The position numbers and the translations under genes are program-made. The notes below the pieces were generated by a model. It saw nothing but the letters and a program-made list of their open reading frames with translations. It had not been told where the DNA came from and did not search any database. A DNA stretch of 64,000 nt from Podarcis muralis (lineage: Eukaryota). The stretch is taken from assembly GCF_964188315.1 (NCBI RefSeq), contig NC_135660.1:20460001-20524000 (forward strand), read 5' to 3'. This document shows, piece after piece, positions 12,956 through 25,708 of this stretch (within the stretch, counting starts at the first letter, position 1; each line of letters starts with the position of its first letter).

Positions 12956-13284
12956 TGTTATGTACTAAGCTTGGATCCTGGAACAATAGGCAAGTAGGAT
13001 CCTAGAATGCAACAACAGATTGGCTTGCAGGAGAAGACCAATCAGGTTCCAGGAGGAAGTTAATCAGCTTATTAGGCTGGGAGGATTGTAGAATGCAACA
13101 ACTGATTGGCCTGCAGGAAAAGACCAATCAGGCTCCAGGAGGGAAGCAGAATCAGCCAATCAGACGGGACTCATTGTGTAAATAATGTATATAAAAGCCT
13201 GAGGTTTGGGGAGGCAATTAAATCACTGTTTTACAAGCTGCAATAAAGAGCATGAGATCAGTACAGGGCTCCGAGTATATTTCA
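12956..13284 (+). mobile_element. Solo LTR (329 bp)
   Basis: TG...CA termini, perfect 5-bp TSD GTGGG, CCAAT boxes, TATATAAAA at 13188-13196, AATAAA at 13242-13247. Confidence 0.9.
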
Positions 13285-14873
13285 GTGGGAGGGGAGAACT
13301 GAGAAACGTACAGTTGTATGGATGTAGGATCTCCAAGGATCAAGAACCCTGCACTCTCATCTCCTTTCTTATGTTCCACTGAACATGTTGATGTCGGAAG
13401 CAGGGGACGCACATGCATTTTGGGTGGAGCCACATTCCCTCTTCATTCCTCCATTCATGTATGGAGGGCTAAGAAGTGAGCCTGCATGTTATATGTGTGA
13501 CTGCTTGAAACGCCGTTGCAACTGGGCTCCACACTGCTTGAATTAACCGGCTTGCGTGCACTTGTAGTTCTTCCTTTGAGCTTGTGGCATGCTTGCAGTC
13601 TAGACTGTTTAGTAGAAGTAGCATGTGAACTTGTCCATTAGCTGTACACTGATGAACAGAATATGTTGGTTGGTCTCTTTCCTCTTATTCACCCAAAGGC
13701 CGTATAGACTGGAAAACATGGACAGGCAGACAGAGAGAGGGGGGTCCTAACTAACTAGGGTACCTAAATATATAGACTATGCACTGACTACATTTGAGAT
13801 ATTTGCAATTTTACCACCTGGAATGCAGCCCAGAATGCACTGTACTGGAAACAATTTTAAGCTAGATAAAAGAAGGTGTCTGGCAAAGCAGCAGCTGCTG
13901 TGTCTACTTGACCTCAATTGCTCAAAGCACCAAAAGACATCAGTTCACACCTTAAAGCAGTTAATGAGAAAATGAACACAATGACCACTATTTCACATGG
14001 TTCTGAGAAAACAGCCATTTATTTCACCACTAGCTGATGACTATTTTTCAGAGAAGAATACAGAGCAATTGGATTGTCATGGGTTTCGGATGACATACGC
14101 TTCTGTAAGTGCAACTTGTGGCAGGAAACATGTTGTGGAATTCAGTATGAATGCATGAAGGGGCTCTCACGCATTTGCAGGCCTGCCCTGCCTTCTGGTC
14201 ACCAACACACCTGTTGGAGATGCACATTCAGTTCTGAATGGAATTAGTCCCACTTGGGAGCTCAGGATTGCATGTCCCAAGTGGAACTGATCTCTGTTGA
14301 AAGCAGTGGGGCTTGCATTTGGCACTGAATTCAAGCACCGCCAAGGATCAGTCAGCAGGTGACAACTTAAGAATGTGCTATCAAGTAGGTTCCAGTCCAC
14401 TTGACTTCATTATATCAGATGATTGAGAAGTTGTGGACTCACCCACATGTCAAAATGACCCATAGAGAGATAGTCCCTTTTTGATCTGACCCACTGGATA
14501 AAGAAAGGACCTCAACAGAGATCCTGCTCTGCTGGATTCCATCATTCGGTGACCACAAAATAACTGAGCAGGGGGAGCTGGGGATGGTCAAGTCTCAGTC
14601 CAGTCTCCTGTACAATTCAGAAACAGAGCAAACATGATGCACTAAGACATAGCAGGTTACAGCACTTGCAAACTATGCTTGAAGTACTGATAGCATGAAA
14701 TATAATCCATGAGGATCACCCTCAAGGAAGTGAACTTCAGTTGCATTTCCCTTAATATAAGCTGTCTCCATATCGACATGAGCCACCACTTGTAAGATGG
14801 CCAAGGAATACATTGCAAGGAAAGCGGACACAGATCTTTCCATTAAAATTCCATGTCCCAATTTATATGTATA

Positions 14874-15104
14874 CAGTGGTACCTCAGGTTAAGTACTTAA
14901 TTTGTTCCGGAGGTCCGTACTTAACCTGAAACTGTTCTTAACCTGAAGCACCACTTTAGCTAATGGGGCCTCCTGCTGCTGCTGCACGATTTCTGCTCTC
15001 ATCCTGAAGCAAAGTACTTAACCTGAGGTAATATTTCTGGGTTAGTGGAGTCTGTAACCTGAAGCGTATGTAACCTGAAGCGTAGGTAACCTGAGGTACC
15101 ACTG
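14874..15104. mobile_element. Tc1/mariner MITE, family A
   Basis: TA TSD and CAGTGGTACC TIRs. Confidence 0.9.
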
Positions 15105-15609
15105 TAAATTTAGATGCAAATTTAGAATTAATTACTATAATTTAAATAGAATTATAATACATCTCACCATAGTAGGGAAGACTGATCAGGTGACCTGTGT
15201 ACCGACCTGTGTATCTGCTGCCCAGAGGCTGTTGATGGGCAACTTTAATGCCCCTGATCTCACTTCTGATGGTTCTCTCTCTTTAGAGGACTGTCCTTAG
15301 GTAGCACTGGGGGTGGTCTATTTGGGCAAATGGAGCACTGCCTCACCAGTGCCAGTCTATCCCCAGCCAGCCCTGGCTGTCAGCTACTGTACCTCCTCCC
15401 TTGCCTCTGTTTTGCACTTGCAGAACACAACAGGGAGGAGGATGGAGACAAAACTAGAAGTATGGTAGTTAGCTCCACCTAACATTGGCTTCCCTGCTTT
15501 CCATTCTATGAGTCCTAGTGGACACCAGTTACCACTGTTTGATAGCCCTTGGACTGGGCAGCTTTTCAGAAACAGAAAACTGTCCTTTGACAGCCCTTCA
15601 AACAGAGTA

Positions 15610-15851
15610 CAGTGGTACCTCGGGTTACATACGCTTCAGGTTACATACGCTTCAGGTTACAGACTCCGCTAACCCAGAAATAGTGCTTCAGGTTAAGAAC
15701 TTTGCTTCAGGATGAGAACAGAAATTGTGCTCCGGCGGTGCAGCAGCAGCAAGAGACCCCATTAGCTAAAGTGGTGCTTCAGGTTAAGAACAGTTTCAGG
15801 TTAAGTACAGACCTCAGGAACGAATTAAGTACTTAACCCAAGGTACCACTG
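15610..15851. mobile_element. Tc1/mariner MITE, family A (242 bp, opposite orientation to 14874)
   Basis: TA TSD and CAGTGGTACC TIRs. Confidence 0.9.
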
Positions 15852-16900
15852 TACTGTCCTCTGTAAATTAGGATGCAAGGCCACCATAAACACCGATATT
15901 TAAACGGCAAATTCATGCACATAGCACAAGAAAGCTAAGCCTTCTAGAGCCTTTGAAACAAAATAATACAACACAAAAGCAGTCATTTTCAATGGGAGTC
16001 TTGTCATTTTTTTTATTTAAAAAAATGCAGCTAAAGGGGAATGCTGGTGTCACAGTGCATACAGTTTACACACAGTAGGTCTAACAAGGAGCACAACAAA
16101 TTTCTCTTCTACGGTTCTGGAATGAGATTTTATTTTTACAGCTGTGAACTGAACGTTATTCATTTCAAGGACAAGCTCTGAAAGTTCAAGTAAGTAGGAA
16201 AAGTGGAAGCCTTCTCTGATATATCAAGACAGACAGATAAATAGCCAAGCAAGATTTACAGTCCTTGTGCAGCTTGGCAGTCTAGGATTGCTGCAAATGA
16301 CTATGGATTTACAGTTGCTAATTTAGTAGGGTGGGCAGGAGCACAACCAGACTAGAGAAGGAAGTGTACACATATCTTACTATGGCCATAATAGTCCCAA
16401 AGTATATAGTATAGTATTTTTGACAAAGCAGTTGATTAAATCAATAGTTTTCAAACTTTCCACCTTGGAGCCCATTCTACATTTGCTTGTTTGCTGAATA
16501 TCACCTGCACATCTGCCATAAACCCTCTTCAGCTGTTTCCTTGAACCACAAAAGGTTACAAGTGTGCACAGGGATGAATGCCCTCTTCGAACCTTCATGC
16601 ACAAATCTGAGAGGAGCCAGCACACCTGGGGAACGATGGGAATAGCCTCTACTCACTTTTTAACTCTCGCAATTCCTGAAAAGTGCCCTCAATTCAGAAT
16701 TAGGGAGAAAATTGCTTTAGTTCACACCTGCCAAATTTTCCCTTTCTGAACTTGTTGGGGAGGGATGTACACTAGCAGTTCCTCTGGCTTAATGCAGCCA
16801 CAAAAGGAGGGAAATGGGTGGGATAAGACAGTCCCAGTGCTTTTTTGAAACACTCTAGGCAGAATCAATTGCAACTGCTAAAATTATTATTCATAATATA

Positions 16901-16931
<31 letters not shown>

Positions 16932-17373
16932 TCCTGTTCTGGAATTTGGATGGCCTCTTGTAGATGTTTGGTTCAAACTGTACGACTGTATTTCATCGCT
17001 TCTTCCCTGAGAGATAACTCAGTGATTCAGCATACTGAATCCCACTGAGAACAACTCAATCACAGCCGTTTGATTCAAGTACTCACACGGCAGTTTCACA
17101 GGCAGTAAATCTTCAGATCCTTCTGTGCCAGAGAAAGTGGTAAGACTCCCGATATGCGGTGTGGGGAAAGCTGAGGTTTCTAGCCTTAACCCAGGGTTAA
17201 GGCCACTGCATTGCATTATTTCAATACCTAGGATCGCACTAGGCAGCAACAGAGAGCTGGCTTTTATTGATTTCCTATTGTATCAGGCAGACACACATCG
17301 TTATTAATGTCCACCCTCCAGAAAGGAAGCTGTGACAGACACCCCCCACGGAAGATGGGTACTGGGTTAACAG

Positions 17374-17689
17374 TATATCTGAAGGAGCGTCTCCACCCCC
17401 ATCATTCTACCTGAGGTCCAGCACCGAGGGCCTTCTGGCGGTTCCCTCACTGCGAGAAGCCAAGTTACAGGGAACCAGGCAGAGGGCCTTCTCGGTAGTG
17501 GCGCCTGCCCTGTGGAACGCCCTCCCACCAGATGTCAAAGAGAACAAGAACTACCAGACTTTTAGAAGACATCTGAAGGCAGCCCTGTTTAGGGAAGCTT
17601 TTAATGTTTAACAGACCACTGTATTTTAATATTTTGTTGGAAGCCGCCCAGAGTGGCTGGGGAAACCCAGCCAGATGGGTGGGGTATAA

Positions 17690-17743
<54 letters not shown>
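17374..17743 (+). mobile_element. L2 LINE 3' fragment with (ATT)n tail
   Basis: Near-identical to 56465-56826. Confidence 0.88.
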
Positions 17744-17943
17744 GGGCCAGAGGGACCAGGGTTCAAAACCCCACTCAGCCACGAAGCTTGCTGGATGACC
17801 GTGGGCCATTAACAATCTCTTGGGCTAACCTGCCCCACAGGCTTGTTGTGAGAATAAAATGGAGGGAGAGGGAGCCATGCAGGCCAACTTGAGCTCCTTG
17901 GAGGAAAGCTGGGATATAAACGCAGTAATGAAATGAAATAAAT
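17744..17943 (+). mobile_element. CORE/MIR-like SINE 3' part
   Basis: ggttcaaaaccccactcagcc...gttgtgagaataaaatgg, with an A-rich tail. Confidence 0.55.
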
Positions 17944-19120
17944 CACAGAATCATAAAATTGTAGACTTAGACGGGACCCCCCAAGCATCATCTAGCTCAA
18001 TTCCCTGCAATTCAGGAATAAATAATACATTTCAAAATGGCATAGAAACTCCAGCAGCAGCATATACATTTAAAAAACAACAACCCACTTTCAATTAAAA
18101 GCTAGGGAAAACAAATGCGTTTTTCAAATTTCCATAACCATTACAAAAGTTCCTCAAAGTGGCTTCCAACCAAATAATTAATACGATATAAATAAATAAG
18201 TAATAGCATAATTAAACAGCGTTAATCTTTAATTAAAATATAAATTCTTAAAAGCTAATTTTGAAAAAAAGGTAAGCAACAGCTAACCAAGAATAAACTC
18301 CCTCACTTCCCCCCAAAACATGAATTGCTATTTTCTGCACCTCCCACAGCCCATAAAGAAATACTGGCCTTACCACAAATGCCGCACCACAGCAATAGGT
18401 CATATTTGTTAATGTTTTTCTAGCTCATTAAAATTCAACCTGCAAGGTGATTTTTATGGTCGGTAAGAATTCAATTTAGAGTGAATCATTTGCTTACATG
18501 GCCATGAAACCATGGAAGTCTGCGGACAGAAGGCTTAAAGCGCAGTAATCCATCTGGCCGTTTGCTTCCCTTGTGCAGTTGAAGCAGAAAGCAAAGCATC
18601 CAAAATCATCTAAGGTATGTTTCAGTTGCTTCAGGTGTACTCTGATAGCCAATGAACAGATGCATCGATACTTCAAAAGATAAACTATACAAGCAAATGT
18701 GTGTGGTTTTTTTGTTTTTTAAAAAAGCTATTCATAAACTCCCTCCATGAACAGTTTTAAACTGTCAGATATTGCCAATGCATGACTTTCAAACTATGTC
18801 CTCAGGTGCATTCTCTCCCCCCCCCCCCCGTGGTTTTTATTTAAGGATCGTTATTTAATACCTAGTTTTCAAAGCTGTGCATCTTTGCACTTGCAAAATC
18901 CCCAATTCTCACCAGATGTTCTCCAGGATTACCTTGAAATTGTGAGATTATCTAGATGTTGTTTTCCCTCTAGATTGTCCCTAGGAAGAAGACTGCTTCA
19001 GCTTGTTGTGTACTTTCCCTCTTTCCTGCTATTCTTGCCTTGGGTTGCCAATATTCTGGTACTTTGATGGGCAAGGAGCAGGGCAGCTTCTTCATTTGCT
19101 TTTCCTTCCTTCCTTTAACC

Positions 19121-19256
19121 CAGGCATCCCCAAACTCAGCCCACCAGATGTTTTGGGACTACAACTCCTATCATCCCTAACCACTGGTCCTGTTAGCTAG
19201 GGATGATGGGAGTTGTAGTCCCAAAACATCTGGAGGGCTGAATCTGAGGATGCCTG
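19121..19256. mobile_element. Palindromic hAT (Charlie-like) MITE, 136 bp
   Basis: CAGGCATCC...GGATGCCTG with perfect 8-bp TSD ctttaacc. Confidence 0.88.
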
Positions 19257-19325
19257 CTTTAACCCCTCATCCACTGGTGGCCTCCTCTTCTCCACCGCCA
19301 CCCCAAGACACTTGAAATGAGACTA

Positions 19326-19567
19326 CAGTGGTACCTCAGGTTACAGACGCTTCAGGTTACAGACACTTCAGGTTACAGACTCCGCTAACCCAGAAATAGT
19401 ACCTTGGGTTAAGAACTTTACCTCAGGATGAGAACAGAAATCGTGCTTTGGCTGTGCGGCGGCAGCAGGAGGCCCCATTATCTAAAGTGGTGCTTCAGGT
19501 TAAGAACAGTTTCAGTTTAAGAACAGACCTCCAGAACGAATTAAGTTCTTAACCTGAGGTACCACTG
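19326..19567. mobile_element. Tc1/mariner MITE, family A (242 bp)
   Basis: TA TSD and TIRs. Confidence 0.9.
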
Positions 19568-19693
19568 TATGGGGTGTTCCCATATCATTCCACAAATGTA
19601 CACTCTGTGTACCTGCGTACCCATTAACTGAGCTGCACAAATCAACCAGGGTACACTCTTTCACACAAACACTTGTACGTGCATAGAAACAGC

Positions 19694-20001
19694 CAGTGGC
19701 ATGCGGGGGGGGGGCGGTCCACCCCGGGTACCACTCGGGGGGGTGGCAAGATGGCCCACTGCCTCCACCCAGCTGTAGAGCGGCCGAGGGCAAGCACACA
19801 GTTAGTATGGGTGCCGCTCATGTGCCGTCTGTCCAGGCTGCCATTCTCGCGCACCATCCATACGGACTGCCACGTGTGCACAATCTGTATGGGATGCTGT
19901 GCGTGCGCAGTCCGTATGGACGTCGCATGTGTGCTGCCGGGTGGTTCGCCTCGCCCCTTGGTGTCCTGCCCCGGGTGCCAGAGATGGTTCCTCCGCCACT
20001 G
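19694..20001. mobile_element. GC-rich hAT MITE, 308 bp
   Basis: CAGTGGC...GCCACTG with perfect 8-bp TSD gaaacagc at 19686-19693 and 20002-20009. Confidence 0.88.
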
Positions 20002-21655
20002 GAAACAGCTTGTACCTGTGTTCAGTATGACATGTGAACATCATGGCATAGAGGGTGTGCACCCAACTCATTTAAAACATATCTGAAGCACATTTTTCTC
20101 CTGAAAGAATTCTGGGCATGTAGTTTGCCCTCACGCAATTTCTCCTCATACCAGCAAGATGCCCTCCTTATGGTGGGGGATCTGCAGTAGGGATTAACTT
20201 GTTTTGAATTTTCAAACATTTAAGGAGGCGGAGATAGGCTGAGGGACTGGATGGCGCCCATACGTTTTCCACTGGGGGGGGGGGATGACCTGAGGGGGAG
20301 GGGAGTTAATTAGCTGACCAACTATGCAGCTCCTAGCAGTCCTTTGCTCAAGATTATAACTGCTCTTTGAGATGGTTTTGGTTTTTTTAAAAAATGAGAG
20401 AAAGGATGCAACTGCAGGTCACATGTAGCTTCATATCACATTGAGAAGGGTTGATAGGTATGGAATAATCAGGTAGGATCACTCGATAAGTAAATGACTT
20501 GTATTTTTTCTGCTGCATTTCTGCCAGGACACCAAGGCAGTTTATAATTTTTCAAACATTAAACCAAATAAATGATATAAAATGTAAAATTGGCCCCAGG
20601 GGCAAGGGGGGAGGGCAGTCCATCTGCAGCCGGCCCTGATGTTCTGTTTGCCTGTATCTCTCCCTCTCTTCTTCCTTCCCACAGGGCAGATGGCGTCCGC
20701 TGGCCCTGTGATTTGGAGTCAACAGTCTGACAGCAGCAGGCCCCGATGTTGTCCTTTCTAGTTAATTACAGTGGGCTTTAAATTGATCCCCAAAATGGAA
20801 GCCAAAATGACAACACTGAAGTTTGCAGTTATCCACACTCCGAATTTCCCCCTGGAAGCACAGACAGAATTGCAGATCGTCTGCTGACAAACCAACCTGC
20901 TGGGCGCCAAAATATCTTTCACACAATAATCAGATGCTTTACTTACTGTGCCGAAGCAGTTTATTTGTTATTTCTGACATCTTCACCAAATCAATATAAA
21001 TATAATTCCACAAGTCTGCAAGCAGGCCGGCCTCAATAAGATGAGGAATTACTTCCCTTCAAGTCTCCTCTGCCCTTCATTTCAATTCTTCCTACTCTGC
21101 CCGACTCATTTTTTCTGGTTCTTAGACAAATGCCTTTTGCCAGTGTCATTCCATTTTCTGAGGTAAAATGTGTGCGCTGGCATTCAACCTGAGAAAAGGG
21201 CTTTTCTTCTTCTCCTCCTTTTCCATATATAGCACAGAACAATGAGACATTTCTGCTCTTAAGAGATCTTGAAGAAATCTCTCTCGGGTTACAGAAACTC
21301 CCCTAACTACAGTATCAGCAAATCTCAACCACACAAAATTGCTTCTAGGTTAAAAGATCAACCAAATTTTAAAAAGAAGCCAAAGGCCTTCAGCAACCGT
21401 TATTTGAAGGGTTTCTTTTCAACCCACCGCAGAAAGCCTATTTTGAAATGTTGCTTAAAACAAAGAGTATGTGAAGGGAGCTCTTTTTCTTGTACGAACC
21501 CTCCCCAAAATTAAAAGCAGCAACGAGGCCCTAATCCAGAGGGGGAGAATGGTTGGGTTTTTTTCCCCAAGTGCTGGTAGCCTTCAAACCTTTTATACTC
21601 CTGATTTATTTTTATCTTTACCAAACTTACGTAATGCCATATCCTAGTAGCTTTA

Positions 21656-22008
21656 CAGTGGTACCTCGCAAGACGAAAAGAATCCGTTCCGCGATTCTCT
21701 TCGTCTAGCGATTTTTTCGTCTTGCGAAGCAACCCCATTAGTGGCTAAGCGGATTAGCGCTATTAGCGGTTTAGCGGCTTAGCGGCTATTAAAGGATTAG
21801 CGGCAGAGCTGCTAAAAGGCTATTAACGGCTTAGCAGCTTAGAAAAGGGGGGGGAGCGGGGGGGAAATGGCGAGACTCGCAAGACATTTTCGTCTTGCGA
21901 AGCAAGCCCATAGGGAAATTCGTCTTGCGAAGCGCATCGCAAACGGAAAACCCTTTCGTCTAGCGGGTTTTCCGTCTTGTGAGGCATTCGTCTTGCGGGG
22001 CACCACTG
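21656..22008. mobile_element. Tc1/mariner MITE, family B
   Basis: TA TSD, gcaagacgaa subterminal repeats and a shorter ttagcgg array. Confidence 0.88.
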
Positions 22009-22769
22009 TATTGTTATTGTCTCACTGCTAGTACTGTTTTAATTTTTACTCTATGTTGCCTTGGTTGCAGGGAGCTTAGAGGTAGCCTTCTGGAAAACAT
22101 TGAATGGTATCTTTCCATGGAACTTATGTTCTAAGTAAGAACAAGGAACAGCCTTTACTAATATGTGACGCTTCGCACTTGAACTAGCTTGCTTCTTTTT
22201 ATATTCTCCTTTGTATATGGTTTGGAGGGGGGCTTTCCTGTAAATTTGCAAAAAGCTGTTAATATATGTGCAAAATTTAAACAAATAAGAGTCCCAGTGC
22301 ATGACAGTGTTTATTACTTATTCATATTTAAAGGATGCTAAATTAATTTCTTTTAGGTTGCTGCATGTTGCCAGGCACAATTATTATAATTCATTATAAT
22401 AATTGCGGCTGTTTGTTTCCGTCTGATGTAATCTTCTACAAAGTACATTTTCCTTTTTACATCTTAGCAACTAAAAGGATTTGCAATTAGTTTATGATAG
22501 TGCATAAGGAACAGGAAAAAAGAGTATAAGCCGAGTAGAGACAAAACTGAAATATCCCCTGTCCCCATCCCAGTTCTTACCATGGAAAAAGACCCTAAGC
22601 AAGGGGGAAATGGGAATTTAGAATTGTGGACATTAGGACAGATGAAGGGGTTGAGGTGTCCCTTGGCATGGACACCTCTGTAGTTTTCTCAAAATCATCT
22701 GAATTGCTGCCTAGAGGCTGCAGTTGGTTGTTTAAGCACCATTCATCTGTGCTTTCTCTGTATGGGTAA

Positions 22770-23629
22770 GAGATGGGTAGTATACCCTGCAAATATCCCA
22801 GGAAAAAGCCATCTCCGAGTTCGAGAGAAGGTGGAGTTGCGGGCTTCACGCCCTCTCCACGTGTGCGGGGGCTGTCTCTCAGCCTCTGCGCGATTGAGGG
22901 GATCCCCGGCTGCGTCATCCCCTGGCCAATCGGCTGGCCTAGGGGAGGCATGGCTTGCGCTATTTAACATTGGTGCAGCCGGGGATCTCCCTCTTTGCCG
23001 CCGCAGCTCATCTGGTTCCCCACCCTCCCGCTCTTTAGGTTTCTTTTGACCTTACTATGGACCTCGGTTGGTCGCCGTTAAGGGGCCTGGTAGGAATTTT
23101 TCCACTTGGCAAATTGGCACCAGCCACTTGGTTTTCCGCCTGCCTCATAGCAAATCGTCACAACTTCCTTGGCGTTGGCGGTTAGGCATTGGTATGGGTA
23201 TTGTTATGTAGATGAAGGGGGGGAGGAAGCGCCATCACCTCCCCCGCATTTCGAAGGGTAGTCCGGTAAAGGATTCCAGGGGGTGTGGCCCTGTCTGAAA
23301 CCTATGGAGGTGAGGGCCTAAGGCACGCCCCTGAGCGGTGATCCTGGGGGAGTTCCTAGTTGATGTGCCCTGGGGGAGTTCCTAGTTGATGTGCCCTGGG
23401 GGAGTTCCTAGTTGATGTGCAGGACTCCCCCTACTGGTGGTTAACCCTTCCCAGGCTTCAAGCAAACAGGCTGAAGCCAGATAGTCAGTTAGGACAAATG
23501 CCTAAGCCAATACCGCTCATCACCTGTAACCAATAAAGTTGTGGCCAATTTTTGGCCCATAAACCTGAATGATTGTGTCATGTGTCATTATTTCCACTGG
23601 GGGGGGGGGGAGACGGGAACTCGCCACGC
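22770..23629 (+). mobile_element. Unclassified LTR-like repeat, copy 1 (boundaries approximate)
   Basis: Colinear similarity to 23990-24927, TATA-like ctatttaa, AATAAA at 23532-23537, ends ...cacgca. No clear TSD. Confidence 0.5.
23343..23420 (+). repeat. Perfect 26-bp tandem triplication cctgggggagttcctagttgatgtgc
   Basis: Three identical adjacent units with no spacers. Confidence 0.95.
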
Positions 23630-23989
23630 AAAGGGACATCCCATTTTGTCACCAAGATCTCATCCAGAAAAAGAACTTTGGGGGGGGCCACAATCTTAGG
23701 CGGCACCCAAAAAAGCTCATTTTAGAGCACAGCCCCTGAAAAAAATGCATCACTGGGGCTTCCTGATCTTGCACAAGTCACATGACTCACATGGGAACAC
23801 AAGCAGGAAGACTCACATCCTGGTTTTCAGACTCAAGATGTTGGAGGTATGGGGTAGAATTATAAAGCCTGCCCTGCCTTTTTAATGAAACGCCCATGCT
23901 AATGTCGCAAAACTTCCTATCCCCACTGCAGAGAAATGGAAAGGGCACATACACTCTATCTTGCCTGAAAATCCGCAGAAAGAGTGTTT

Positions 23990-24927
23990 CCTATGTCAGC
24001 TTGGTCTAGCAACAGCAGGGGGGGTGGGAAGGCCGCTCCCCCTCCCAGGGGGGCGGGGTTGCAGGCAGGCCACATGTACTCCCCGTGTACAGTGGGGGGG
24101 CATGGTGAAGCCTCCTGTGTCACTGGGAGTCCCAACCGTGTCACGCCCCCTGGCTGACCACTCCAGTCAACCGGGGGCATGGCTTGCCCTATTTAAACCA
24201 CCACATGGTTGTGGGCTCCTTCTCCTTGCTTCCACCTTCCAGCCATGTGGTTTTCGCCTGCCTCGTAGCAATCGTCACAACTTTGTGCGGTTTGGCAGTT
24301 AGGCATTGGTGAAACCTGGTTTATGGAGGGGAGGTTGTGGCCTTCACCTGCCCCTCCTCATTAAGGATATTCCATTAAGGGATCAGGGGGTATGGATCCT
24401 GCCCAAAGCCCGGGTAAGGGCTAGGCCATGCCATGACCCCATCGAGGACCCTGGGGGAGCTCGCAGTAGATGTACATCAACAGGGCTCCCCTACTGGTGG
24501 TTGACCCTTGTGAGACTACCTGCATGGCAGGCAGGAGTCAGATATAGTTGGTTCAGTTCCAATGCCTAAGCCAATACCACTCACATCTGTAACCAATAAA
24601 GTTGTGGCCTTAATTATCCTATTAACTCAAAATATTGGTGCCAGTGTGTGTAGTGGTTAAGAGCGGTGGACTCATAATCTGGTGAACCGGGTTCCTGTTC
24701 CGCTCCTCCACATGCAGCTGCTGAGTGACCTTGGGCTAGTCACACTTCTCTGAAGTCTCTCAGCTCCACTCACCTCACAGAGTGTTTGTTGTGGGGAGGA
24801 AGGGAAAGGAGAATGTTAGCCGCTTTGAGACTCCTTAAGGGGAGTGAAAGGCAGGATATCAAGTCCAAACTCTTCTTCTTCTTCTTCGTCTTCTTCAAGA
24901 AATGGGCGAGGTCTTGGGGCCTTGACA
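23990..24927 (+). mobile_element. Unclassified LTR-like repeat, copy 2, interrupted by a SINE
   Basis: Shared blocks with copy 1, AATAAA at 24595-24600, tgtca near the start and tgaca at 24923-24927. Confidence 0.5.
24641..24897 (+). mobile_element. tRNA-derived SINE (Squam3-like), full length
   Basis: A-box-like gtagtggttaagagc, B-box-like ccgggttcctgtt, and a (CTT)n tail. Confidence 0.85.
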
Positions 24928-25552
24928 TGCAACAAGTATCTCCAAATTCAAAACTCTCTATTTCCCAGTTTCATGCTACATACCACGCAACCACTATCCA
25001 AACTATGCCCAGCCTCTACCTAAGCAGCACACACGCAGTTGTAACTACAACTCGTCATAATTTATGAAAGCTGAAAACTTTGAGTCATCTCGTCCAATTC
25101 GCATCTGCCTTTGGAAGTGGCGTGTAACAATACAGAAACTGTGTAAATCAGCAGTTGCTGGCTGTACATTGCTCAAGGACCAGCAAAGCCTGCTGAGAGA
25201 GAAACCAAGGAATTGCAAACTAGATCAGCACGGTGTCTATATATAATCAAATATTGATCGCAAAGCTAGATATGGAAAAGTAGTGTTTACTGAGCATATG
25301 ACCCTTTACCAGCTTTGTCAGATTCATAGAGGTTTAGACATAGCTTCCAGAACATTCTAGAAACCGCTTAGGGTATATTTGAAGGGGATGTTGCTGTCAG
25401 GAACAGAAATGCCTTATTTGTGTACCTGAAAATGAAATTATGAAGGAAAGTTGTAAATTATGGAGATAAAGTTACGAAGGGGAAACACCTCACTAAAAGA
25501 TATTTACACCACTTTCTTCAATTGATGGAAATGTTGCCAGGATACACCTTTA

Positions 25553-25708
25553 GGGCAGATCCACACATGGCTTCCCATAAAGAATTCTGGGAGCTGTACT
25601 TATCACTCACACAGAGTTACAATTCGCAGCACCCTTGACAAACTACAGTTCCATGGAAACTTTGGAGGAAGCCAATGTACATTGAACGTGTTTTGAATGG
25701 ATCTGCCC
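25553..25708. mobile_element. PIF/Harbinger-type MITE, 156 bp
   Basis: TTA|GGGCAGATCC...GGATCTGCCC|TTA. Confidence 0.8.

Noticed and set aside
14246-14288. 14-bp-arm hairpin, with similar ones near 31000 and 51000
   Set aside because: Too short for a pre-miRNA and resembles common decayed palindromic MITE relics.
18494-18676. 60-aa ORF ending at a gtaag donor-like site
   Set aside because: No homology recognised and no partner exons.
12377-23420. CRISPR-like appearance of the arrays at 12377-12642 and 23343-23420
   Set aside because: Eukaryotic DNA, no unique spacers, and both arrays sit inside TEs.
24641-24720. tRNA-like sequences here and at 43147, 46297 and 9310
   Set aside because: These are SINE heads continuing into SINE bodies and tails, with no complete cloverleaf.
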